Positions 41,160-48,983 of a DNA stretch of 64,000 nt are shown one piece after another (the first letter of the stretch is position 1; every line of letters begins with the position of its first letter). The notes under the pieces were generated by a model. That model saw nothing but the letters and a program-made list of their open reading frames with translations, was not told where the DNA came from and made no database searches. The stretch covers positions 50,536 through 114,535 of the forward strand of contig JAZOPS010000051.1 in the NCBI GenBank assembly GCA_045655645.1, given 5' to 3'. The translations under genes were made by a program, and so were the position numbers. The DNA comes from Candidatus Fimenecus sp. (GTDB lineage Bacteria; Bacillota; Clostridia; Oscillospirales; Acutalibacteraceae).

Positions 41160-41189
41160 AATCTATATCTCCTTTTATTATTTATAAAA

Positions 41190-41690
41190 TTATACTCTTT
41201 CAATTTCTGCTGTATATGTGATAATATCACTGTATTCTTCAACAACTGCTGTATTCCAGTTATCTGCAGAAATTGCAACTGTAACCGTCTTTGTTGCTGC
41301 AGGGTAAATTGTAGGAACATCTGCTGAGAAAGTAATGCCTTCACCTGCAAGTGCGTAAGGGATTTCATAAGCACTGTCAACAGTTTTCATAACTAATGCG
41401 CCTGACACTGTAACTTTAACTCTGCCATCTCTCTTAAGGTGTGATTCAACTGTGTATGAAACATCAGTTTCTTCTGTACCCCAAGGAATTGTTGTGTCAG
41501 CAGGGATTGTAATTGTGTATTCTTCTGCTTCTTTGTCGCCGACACCATCACCATCAGTGTCTTTTAATGTTGATGTGTCGATAACTACGTCTGCACTGTC
41601 AGGATTAGCGTTAAGTTCAACTGCAAATGCTGGAACCATAACAGCCATCATCATAACAAGTGCCATTGCGAATGATAAAATCTTTTTCAT
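41190..41690 (-). CDS. Small secreted beta-rich protein, paralog 6 of 7 (has an N-terminal DTDGDGVGD calcium-loop motif)
   Basis: Signal peptide MKKILSFAMALVMMMAVMVPAFA. Motifs YTITIPADTTIPWG, YTVESHLKRDGRVKVTV and W..AVVEEYSDIITYTAE. Confidence 0.8.
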   Translation of the reverse strand: MKKILSFAMALVMMMAVMVPAFAVELNANPDSADVVIDTSTLKDTDGDGVGDKEAEEYTITIPADTTIPWGTEETDVSYTVESHLKRDGRVKVTVSGALVMKTVDSAYEIPYALAGEGITFSADVPTIYPAATKTVTVAISADNWNTAVVEEYSDIITYTAEIERV

Positions 41691-41724
41691 AATATATTAC
41701 TCCTTTTTAAGATTAAAATACATA

Positions 41725-42174
41725 TTAAACTGCGTCGGTGTATTCAGCAGTGAATGTTAAAATGTCACTGTGTTTACCACTTGCAGCGTAAAGCCATTCT
41801 GTTTCTTCAACCTCTACTGAAAGAGTGAAACTTTCACCATAATCACCGGGGAAGAAAGAGATGTCTTCGCTAAGCAAACTGTATGCAATAGTTTTTTCGC
41901 TATCCGCCTCGTTTACCAGTTTGAAATCATTTTGTGAAGAAACTGAAACCTTTACCATCTTACTAGGTTCAATAAGCATTTTGGTTGCCGTTACTTCACC
42001 AATGTCCATAGCAGTTGTTTGCCACGGAATTTCAATATCTGCAGGATAAGTTAGTTCGTATTCTGCTCGGTCAGCCTTTGTGGAAATTTCCATAGACTGA
42101 CTACTAGCGAATACCGGCATAATGCAAAGTACAAGCATTACAGCCGCTAATCCTACTGAAAAGAATTTTTTCAT
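41725..42174 (-). CDS. Small secreted beta-rich protein, paralog 7 of 7 (most divergent)
   Basis: Start trimmed to ATG 42174 (MKKFFSVGLAAVMLVLCIMPVFA), 9 nt after GGAGGAG. Motifs YELTYPADIEIPW, KMVKVSV and W..AASGKHSDILTFTAE. Confidence 0.75.
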   Translation of the reverse strand: MKKFFSVGLAAVMLVLCIMPVFASSQSMEISTKADRAEYELTYPADIEIPWQTTAMDIGEVTATKMLIEPSKMVKVSVSSQNDFKLVNEADSEKTIAYSLLSEDISFFPGDYGESFTLSVEVEETEWLYAASGKHSDILTFTAEYTDAV

Positions 42175-42195
42175 TTCTGTCATCTCCTCCCCTTA

Positions 42196-45100
42196 TTAAC
42201 TTGTTATGTCGACTGTATAAGTCAACTGCGTACTATATGCGCCAACAGGAACGCTGTTCCAACCTGTAACTGTAATGCTTGGTGCATTGGTTGGTTTTGT
42301 TCCATCGGCTACATCGCCCGTAAATCTTTCTGTACCAAAATTAGCCTTTGAATAAGCTAATTCATAAGTAACTCCTGTGTCGTCATTGATAAGTTTATCA
42401 GTTCCATCATTGCTTACTGAGCTTACGCTTACTAAAAGCACATTACTACCAAGCGTTGCTTTAACAGAATACGAAACATCAACAGGACCGTTTGTATCCC
42501 AATCAATATCAACTTTTGCAGGGATTTCAACTTCATAGATGATTGGGTCTGTACCATTTGTTGACTGGAAAACAACATCAACTTCTATTACTTCAAGAAT
42601 ATTACTTGAATCTGCAAGAACTTCTGAAATATCTGTTCCGTCAGCAGTTTTCTCTGCCACAACAGCAGAATCAACTGCATAGAATTTAAGTGTGTTTGTA
42701 TAAGTTGAACCTGTCGGCACTTTTGCTGCCTCGGATGCGTCAACACTAATTGTATAAGGATACCTTGTAATGCTTGATGAGTCACCATTGTTATAAGAAG
42801 CAACCCACGCTGTAACTATTCCATCTGCATTCTGATAGTCTACAAGACCATCTGCGGTAACACCGTTATACATCAAGTCTTCGAAAGCTTTGTATGTTGA
42901 ACCGCCTGTTTGAGTCCATTTAAGGCTTGACTGTGCATAAAGTTCAACACTTCTGTTAAGTCTTGTTGCAACATAACTTAAGTCGATATATGCAGTATAT
43001 TGCATTTTTTCCGCTGAATCGTTATTAAGCACAATTTTTTCAAGTGCCGCGTTAGATTCATTTACTGATGCAAAGCCCTCTATATGTGGTAAGAGAAGTG
43101 CTAGGTCTGCATAAGCGTAGTTAAGTTCATCAACGAGAGCATATCGTCTTAAGAATGCCTCATATTGACCTAAACAATACTCAATTTCATTAAGAGTAGA
43201 TGTATCAAGCACCGTTTTTGCCGCAATTTTAGACGAAACATCTGAATATGCATCTTTAATTCGTTTTTCGTATGTAACGATACCACCTAGAACAGTTTCA
43301 CCTGCTTTTGGTACAATAGTTGTTGAGTTATCATAAATAGCTTCCGCAGCATCGTACATATTCATATATGCGGCAGCCGTGTCAGTATCATCAGACAAAA
43401 ACATCTTACCAAAAACGCTTATATCGGCATACATATCTGTATAGTATTTCAGAGCGTTTACAGTATCTCCATTTTCGTCTGTAATTTCTGCTTTATAACT
43501 AACCATTCTCAAAAAGTCTTTTGCATCAACTACTCCGTCACCATTGTTATCATCTTCAGTGTCAATGATTCTGTCAGCATCTTCGTCAGAATGAGAACTC
43601 AAGCCATAAATATTTATGATGTTTGACTTAAATGTTGCAACATCTGCGATGATACCGTCTTTTTCAACGCCCTCATGAACATCTGCATCGCCGCCAATAA
43701 GTATTGCACGATTTGCAGCATTATAGGCATTGTAAAGTGCATTATATTCATCCGTGTACCCTGATTCAAAGGTTACGCCGTCTTTATACATAAATGCATT
43801 TCTTTCTGCAATACTTAGTCGGTGTAAACCTTTTTCATAAATTGTAACTACCTGAGCCGCTTCTTCAATACTTGCAAAGCCTAATTGTTGTAAATAATTT
43901 TCTTTGTGTTCTTTATACAAATCATGGATAGATTCACTGTTAACAGAGTACGTTTTTGCTACTGCTGAAATTTCAGCTATATCTGTTTGCAGTTGTTGTA
44001 TCGCTGTAGCATCCGCTGTTGCTGTGTAATAAGGTTGCCATTGCTCTTTCTTTATTTCGTTAGTGTAGTCCGTATAAAGAGCTCTGTATTTTTTCTCAAG
44101 TATTTCTTCTTTACAGTATTTAACTTCAGGAATTCCTTTTTGGTAATCCGAAAGTGCTAAAAAAGCATTATTACATGCCTCAAATGATGCCTTGAATTCT
44201 GTCTCCGAAGCATACGGGTCAATAGTTGAAACCATTTTTTCAAAGTTATTTGAGTCAACAGTCTTAACTCCAAAATACTCATCCATATTAGTAATATAGA
44301 TTCCATTATCCTGATTTAATTCGCCGTTACAGTTTGTGTTATTACTTACACGAGTTTGACATTTAGGGTCATAAGTGAAGCCTAAACCATCAATAACAAC
44401 TTTCTTGCCCTCGTTATTATTAGACTCATCCCAAACCGAAACCTTAACCTGTTTAATCTTATATCCATCATCAAGAATGTTGTCAAGGTATTCAAAGTTT
44501 TTATCCAGATTAGCCACACCGCCATCAGTTGGAATTCTAAAGCATGTAAGAGGAATACGAATAAAGCCTTTGTAACCTTGTAATGTATTAAGTTCAGAAG
44601 GCGCAATTGTACAAATACCAGGGTCAACTTCTCTATAAAATGTATGTGCTGCCTCAATATCAGTTTGCGTAATTTTTAGCTGTTGTTTTTCCCATTCACC
44701 ATTTTTATCAAGAAGATAAATAACCGGGAATTCACCCTCTCTGCCAGCACAGAAATAACAGTTTACATCTTTTCCATTTGAATCAGAAAGAATAAACTTA
44801 ACGTTAAAATTAAGATTGCTTACCTCTGAAAAGTCAACATACATTACGAAAGAATTAGGAATAACACCTTCACCATATCTAGTTTTAACTTCTTCTTCCG
44901 TACCTTGCGAAGCATTAGTTTTAACTGCAATACCACTCAAATCAAGTCCGGGAAGATTTCCCCAAGTATCTGCCTCTGCACCTAAATAGGTTGTTGAAAG
45001 AGTAGCAATTTTCCAGTCTTTATTTGCAGGGTCGCATACCAGATTTCCCTTAAGGTTAATCATTGCACCTAATGAATTATTAAATCCTTTATTTGTAATC

Positions 45101-47652
45101 TGAGCATCCATTCTTGAGAAGTATGTTCCCAAGCTACTATCAACAGTTTCACCTGTAGGTCTATAATCGTACGGTGACCAACCAATAGCTGTACCGCCCC
45201 ATTCACCAGGTTGGTCGATAACCTTACCCGAAACATATGTTGTGAAATTACCTGTACTATTTATATCGGTAGGTTTATTGTCTTGGTATGCAGGATAGTC
45301 ATCATAGTACATATCCGACAACTGACCGTATGAATAATTTGTTTCAAAGTCGTTGAATGGGATAAATGGATAAGCACCGATTGACTGACCTGTCTTAACC
45401 TCTTCACCAACAATAAAATCATAAAGTTCAAGGAATTTTGCTTTTGCATCTGCACCAAGCAATTCGTGGTGAGAAAGGTTAAATGTTTCATAAATTGCCA
45501 TCAACTGTTTAAGTGTTGACTGTAATTCTTTATCTGTATGGTCTATAAACTCAGGATTGGGGAGTTTTTCAATTTCATTCTCAAAATAAACAACGGCATT
45601 GTAGTTAGATGCAGCATCATCTGAATAAACAAAACCATGGAATTGCTCGACTAATTTATATCTATTATATGCCTCTGTATGGCCCAGAGTTTTCAACTTT
45701 TCAATAGCTTGTTCAACTTTGTCTTCATTTGAAAGAGCTGAACTGTTATTTATGCCAAAACATTCAATATAATTAATGATAATGTCATCAATCATATCCT
45801 TTGCACCAAAGTCGTTAAGTGAAGGAATTTCACCAAAATATTGCATTATATATTGTGCAACTGCCTTTGGAACTTCAGTAGTTCTGTCATAGAAGCCTGA
45901 CATTTTGATACCATAAGTACCACTATTATTGTTAGATATATTAACTTCCGAAGGGAATGCTAATGAGGAAGTTGAAACTACATATCCATTAGCATCAAAA
46001 TCAGCGCTACTACCAATATTTTTTTTGCAGAACATTACTTGGTCAATGTAGAAAGATTTATGAACTGAGTCCGCTGACCAATCTGCAACCTGAACACCTG
46101 CGGAAACAAGGTCTTCAATAGCAAATTGAGGGTCTGTAACTGTATATGTAGTTCCACTTACCGAAACTACATTAGCATCACTTAGAATTTTACCCATTTC
46201 ATGAGTATTTGTTTGGAAAATTCTAGTTGATTTCTCAGTACGGTCATAAATAATATATGCATTGTTTATATTTGTTCCTGCTGTGTTTACCTTAAATCCA
46301 ACTTTTGAATCATAAGTCTCTGATGCTACTGTTCTTGTATTGCCCTCAGCATCTTGAAGGACCAATGTTGAGCCTGATGGGAAATAGTGCTTATTGGCAT
46401 AAGCGTTAAGGCTATTTGCATTACCATTACCTTCACTTTCCCAGTTGCCCATATCATTATCTGCAACAATATATTGGTCAGATTGTAAAAGAAAGTAATC
46501 GATAGGGATACGAACAAATCCTTTATAACCCGAAAGATTTGTGAAATAACCATCAGTCATCGAGGTTGATTCCCAAAGGCCATCAGCATTCTGAATATAA
46601 ATTCCGTTGCTTATTGTTCCCGTGTTTTTCCCAGCTACTGCCGCAGTTGAGAAAGTTGTGCCATAGTGTGATGTGTAGTTTGTAGTGTCATCTCTCCAGT
46701 GTTCGACACTTTTTTCGTTAGCTGATAAAGTGAATGCAAATTTATTAATTTGAACACGACTTAAGTCAACATAAAACCAAACTTCTTCAGCATTTGTAAA
46801 ATCATAGTGGTCACGGCTCCATGTAGTTGTTCCTACATAAGGTGTTCCGTTGTATGCATTAGCAATCCAATAACGATAGCCAGCACTACCATTATAACCC
46901 ATGCCAGCCATCTGACCATTAACATCAATTAACTCCGCACTCTGACGTTCGGAATAGTCTGGTACCGTTGCACCGTTATTAGACTGCGAATTGCTCTTAT
47001 CAACATCCGCATTACCCTTTTGCTCAAAAAGAAGCATTTCACGAACAATCCAGCTCTCATTAGGAGAAAAGTCGTCGTTAATAATGTAATAAGGTGTTTC
47101 TGAAAGGAGTGTATGAATTTTATCTGATACCCAACCATCGCTATCTACAGCCTGAATTGATATGTCATAACTTGACTCAATTTTATAGCCTTCAAGTCCT
47201 GTGAATGCACCCGGCCAATAATAGATTGAGTTAGGCAAGTTGTTTCCTTCTGTATTGTCAACTGTAAATGTTCCTCCTGCAGGAGTTGTAGATTGACTTA
47301 CATCAATATTTTCTGTCCAGATTGGTTCGTGATTACCGTCATCATCCATTCTTGTAATTTCAAAAATGTAATTTGTAATCCTCTTTTTAGATGGACTTGC
47401 TGCAGTATAACTATCCCATGTTGCCGCAGGGGTTGCATGTGGGAATGAAACCTTTATACTACCATCAACATTAAGAGTTGCAATAAAGGATGTATTAGAC
47501 GCAGCATTGTTGCTACCGTCACCCCAATATGGTGCAGGGTCATAAGCACCTCCACCGATGGCTCCAGCCATCATAAGTGGAACAGATGTAACAATCATTA
47601 CAACCGCTAATATGAGCGCTATACACTTTTTGGAAGATAATTTTTTCTTCAT
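42196..47652 (-). CDS. Giant secreted protein (1818 aa) whose C-terminal ~125 aa is a copy of the small-paralog domain
   Basis: Signal peptide MKKKLSSKKCIALILAVVMIVTSVPLMMAGA. Two internal homologous modules (YVDLSRV...GYKGFVRIPIDYF and YVDFSEV...GYKGFIRIPLTCF). Long Tyr/Ala/Glu-rich regions that look helical. One EF-hand/dockerin-like loop, DDNNGDGVVDAKD. The C-terminus (YEVEIPAKVDIDW ... VSYSVKATL ... W..VPVGAYSTQLTYTVD) matches the paralog motifs. No enzyme motif recognised. Confidence 0.85.
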   Translation of the reverse strand: MKKKLSSKKCIALILAVVMIVTSVPLMMAGAIGGGAYDPAPYWGDGSNNAASNTSFIATLNVDGSIKVSFPHATPAATWDSYTAASPSKKRITNYIFEITRMDDDGNHEPIWTENIDVSQSTTPAGGTFTVDNTEGNNLPNSIYYWPGAFTGLEGYKIESSYDISIQAVDSDGWVSDKIHTLLSETPYYIINDDFSPNESWIVREMLLFEQKGNADVDKSNSQSNNGATVPDYSERQSAELIDVNGQMAGMGYNGSAGYRYWIANAYNGTPYVGTTTWSRDHYDFTNAEEVWFYVDLSRVQINKFAFTLSANEKSVEHWRDDTTNYTSHYGTTFSTAAVAGKNTGTISNGIYIQNADGLWESTSMTDGYFTNLSGYKGFVRIPIDYFLLQSDQYIVADNDMGNWESEGNGNANSLNAYANKHYFPSGSTLVLQDAEGNTRTVASETYDSKVGFKVNTAGTNINNAYIIYDRTEKSTRIFQTNTHEMGKILSDANVVSVSGTTYTVTDPQFAIEDLVSAGVQVADWSADSVHKSFYIDQVMFCKKNIGSSADFDANGYVVSTSSLAFPSEVNISNNNSGTYGIKMSGFYDRTTEVPKAVAQYIMQYFGEIPSLNDFGAKDMIDDIIINYIECFGINNSSALSNEDKVEQAIEKLKTLGHTEAYNRYKLVEQFHGFVYSDDAASNYNAVVYFENEIEKLPNPEFIDHTDKELQSTLKQLMAIYETFNLSHHELLGADAKAKFLELYDFIVGEEVKTGQSIGAYPFIPFNDFETNYSYGQLSDMYYDDYPAYQDNKPTDINSTGNFTTYVSGKVIDQPGEWGGTAIGWSPYDYRPTGETVDSSLGTYFSRMDAQITNKGFNNSLGAMINLKGNLVCDPANKDWKIATLSTTYLGAEADTWGNLPGLDLSGIAVKTNASQGTEEEVKTRYGEGVIPNSFVMYVDFSEVSNLNFNVKFILSDSNGKDVNCYFCAGREGEFPVIYLLDKNGEWEKQQLKITQTDIEAAHTFYREVDPGICTIAPSELNTLQGYKGFIRIPLTCFRIPTDGGVANLDKNFEYLDNILDDGYKIKQVKVSVWDESNNNEGKKVVIDGLGFTYDPKCQTRVSNNTNCNGELNQDNGIYITNMDEYFGVKTVDSNNFEKMVSTIDPYASETEFKASFEACNNAFLALSDYQKGIPEVKYCKEEILEKKYRALYTDYTNEIKKEQWQPYYTATADATAIQQLQTDIAEISAVAKTYSVNSESIHDLYKEHKENYLQQLGFASIEEAAQVVTIYEKGLHRLSIAERNAFMYKDGVTFESGYTDEYNALYNAYNAANRAILIGGDADVHEGVEKDGIIADVATFKSNIINIYGLSSHSDEDADRIIDTEDDNNGDGVVDAKDFLRMVSYKAEITDENGDTVNALKYYTDMYADISVFGKMFLSDDTDTAAAYMNMYDAAEAIYDNSTTIVPKAGETVLGGIVTYEKRIKDAYSDVSSKIAAKTVLDTSTLNEIEYCLGQYEAFLRRYALVDELNYAYADLALLLPHIEGFASVNESNAALEKIVLNNDSAEKMQYTAYIDLSYVATRLNRSVELYAQSSLKWTQTGGSTYKAFEDLMYNGVTADGLVDYQNADGIVTAWVASYNNGDSSSITRYPYTISVDASEAAKVPTGSTYTNTLKFYAVDSAVVAEKTADGTDISEVLADSSNILEVIEVDVVFQSTNGTDPIIYEVEIPAKVDIDWDTNGPVDVSYSVKATLGSNVLLVSVSSVSNDGTDKLINDDTGVTYELAYSKANFGTERFTGDVADGTKPTNAPSITVTGWNSVPVGAYSTQLTYTVDITS

Positions 47653-47692
47653 TACTTCTCTTCCTTTCTGTTTCTAATCTATATAAAGTAAT

Positions 47693-48511
47693 TTATTTTA
47701 CAATAAGGTCTGTTTTTACTACAAAATTGTTAAGCGGAGTTCTTGCCTGGTCATAAGAATATGGCTGCTGATGAACTATCGCCTTGTATTCGCCCGCTTC
47801 AAGTGAACGGGAAATGTTAAATCTTGAAACTGAATAACCCGGTTGAACAAGCCCTGACTGATAAAGTTTTTCATCGCTTGCATCAATAACACCGTTTTCA
47901 TTGTTGTCAAGGTAGATTGTAAATACTACAAAACAGATATCTTTATTTTTTTCAGAGTTTGAAAGGATAAAGTTCTGCTCAACCTGACCTGCTTTGAAAT
48001 TAATCTGAGCAATACCATTCATTGTGACATTCTTTGAGCCCATATCTTCAACTTTATCTGGTAAATCAAGTTCACCTAAACCTTGTTGCTGATTGACATC
48101 AAGAATACTTGGAGTTGTTGTGGTTGGCTCTTCATCACCACCATCAATCAATATTCCGAGACCTGAAATTAATCCCGCAAGCACTAAAAGGCCAAGCACG
48201 ATTAACATAACAAATGCAAGAATATTATCTTTTTTAACTGCGATAAATGAGCCAGACTCAAGTTCAATATAGCCTATTGTCTTATATCTTGCAGAAGATG
48301 TTGGTTTATAAACTATTTCTTCAATATCATTTGAAGTGATTGTGCCGATTTCATCTTTACCATAAGCCAACTGACCGACAACACGGATACCTCCGTCTGG
48401 ATAAAGAGCTTTCATCTCTTTAGCAGTATAATACCCCTGTTCAAAGCCCGTCTCTTTATTGTAATATAATTCTGTATAGTCGTTACCGTTTTTAATAATA
48501 AATATTGCCAA
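47693..48511 (-). CDS. Bitopic membrane protein: cytoplasmic N-domain, one TM helix, extracellular Ig-like domain with an EF-hand-like loop (first gene of the operon)
   Basis: Start trimmed to TTG 48511, 7 nt after GGGAGGG; the ATG given in the track lies inside the promoter. TM segment ILAFVMLIVLGLLVLAGLISGLGILI, a Thr-rich linker, and the loop DNNENGVIDASD. Confidence 0.7.
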   Translation of the reverse strand: MAIFIIKNGNDYTELYYNKETGFEQGYYTAKEMKALYPDGGIRVVGQLAYGKDEIGTITSNDIEEIVYKPTSSARYKTIGYIELESGSFIAVKKDNILAFVMLIVLGLLVLAGLISGLGILIDGGDEEPTTTTPSILDVNQQQGLGELDLPDKVEDMGSKNVTMNGIAQINFKAGQVEQNFILSNSEKNKDICFVVFTIYLDNNENGVIDASDEKLYQSGLVQPGYSVSRFNISRSLEAGEYKAIVHQQPYSYDQARTPLNNFVVKTDLIVK

Positions 48512-48569
48512 AACGATACCCTCCCAAAAATAAATATAATTGAAGATAATATTACTATTATAACAAAAT

Positions 48570-48598
48570 ATTTTACCCCTTTTTATAATATTTGTCAA
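48570..48598 (-). promoter_or_regulatory. Near-consensus sigma-A promoter of the ten-gene operon
   Basis: Minus strand reads TTGACA (48598-48593), a 17-nt spacer, then TAAAAT (48575-48570). It lies about 55 nt upstream of the TTG start. Confidence 0.7.
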
Positions 48599-48773
48599 TG
48601 AAAACTTTAAAAAAACATATAATAAATTCCACGCAAATTCAACAATTTCTGCAAGTTCTATTAAACAGGATTATAATATATATTAATTAGTATTAAAATG
48701 AGTAAAAAATAAGAACCCGACCTTTCAACGGATTTAAAATGCGGATGTTTTTTCGGAATCTTGTTGTTTCATA

Positions 48774-48809
48774 ATAAAAAATCCCGAATGATTTCTCATT
48801 CGGGATTTT
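48774..48809 (-). terminator. Intrinsic terminator immediately after tRNA-Leu
   Basis: AATCCCGAATGA (48780-48791) pairs with TCATTCGGGATT (48796-48807), with a T-run on the minus strand. Confidence 0.85.
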
Positions 48810-48896
48810 TGGTGCCGGTGACCGGGGTCGAACCGGTACGGTATCGCTACCACTGGATTTTGAGTCCAGCACGTCTGCCAATTCCATCACACCGGC
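48810..48896 (-). tRNA. tRNA-Leu (anticodon CAA), class II with a long variable arm and a genomically encoded CCA
   Basis: Minus strand reads GCCGGTGTGATGGAATTGGCAGACGTGCTGGACTCAAAATCCAGTGGTAGCGATACCGTACCGGTTCGACCCCGGTCACCGGCACCA. Acceptor stem GCCGGTG/CACCGGC. Anticodon stem CTGGA/TCCAG with loop CTCAAAA. Variable-arm hairpin GGTA-GCGA-TACC. T-loop TTCGACC. Confidence 0.93.
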
Positions 48897-48913
48897 ATTT
48901 ATGTGACTGTGAT

Positions 48914-48942
48914 ATTATATGAAATTATTTTAAAATTGTCAA
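48914..48942 (-). promoter_or_regulatory. Consensus sigma-A promoter of tRNA-Leu
   Basis: Minus strand reads TTGACA (48942-48937), a 17-nt spacer, then TATAAT (48919-48914). It ends 17 nt upstream of the mature tRNA 5' end. Confidence 0.75.
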
Positions 48943-48983
48943 TAGAAAAAGGGACATATTTTAAAAATAGTCCCCTTTAGCAC

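Noticed and set aside
38648-42183. The idea that the seven small secreted proteins are single-cohesin scaffoldin-like proteins, because dockerin-like loops occur nearby.
   Set aside because: The sequences show none of the cohesin hallmarks I know, and the conserved motifs (YxVxIPA....W, TLTFTAE) are different. The Ca loops in the operon are single or TSP3-type rather than paired dockerin segments. I kept this only as something a structure search would settle.
48599-48983. tRNA-Leu immediately upstream of the surface-protein operon, as a possible genomic-island integration site.
   Set aside because: I found no integrase, recombinase, transposase or direct repeat of the tRNA 3' end anywhere in or after the operon. 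The composition of the operon is not obviously different from its flanks. The tRNA has its own consensus promoter and terminator. An island origin cannot be supported from this window.
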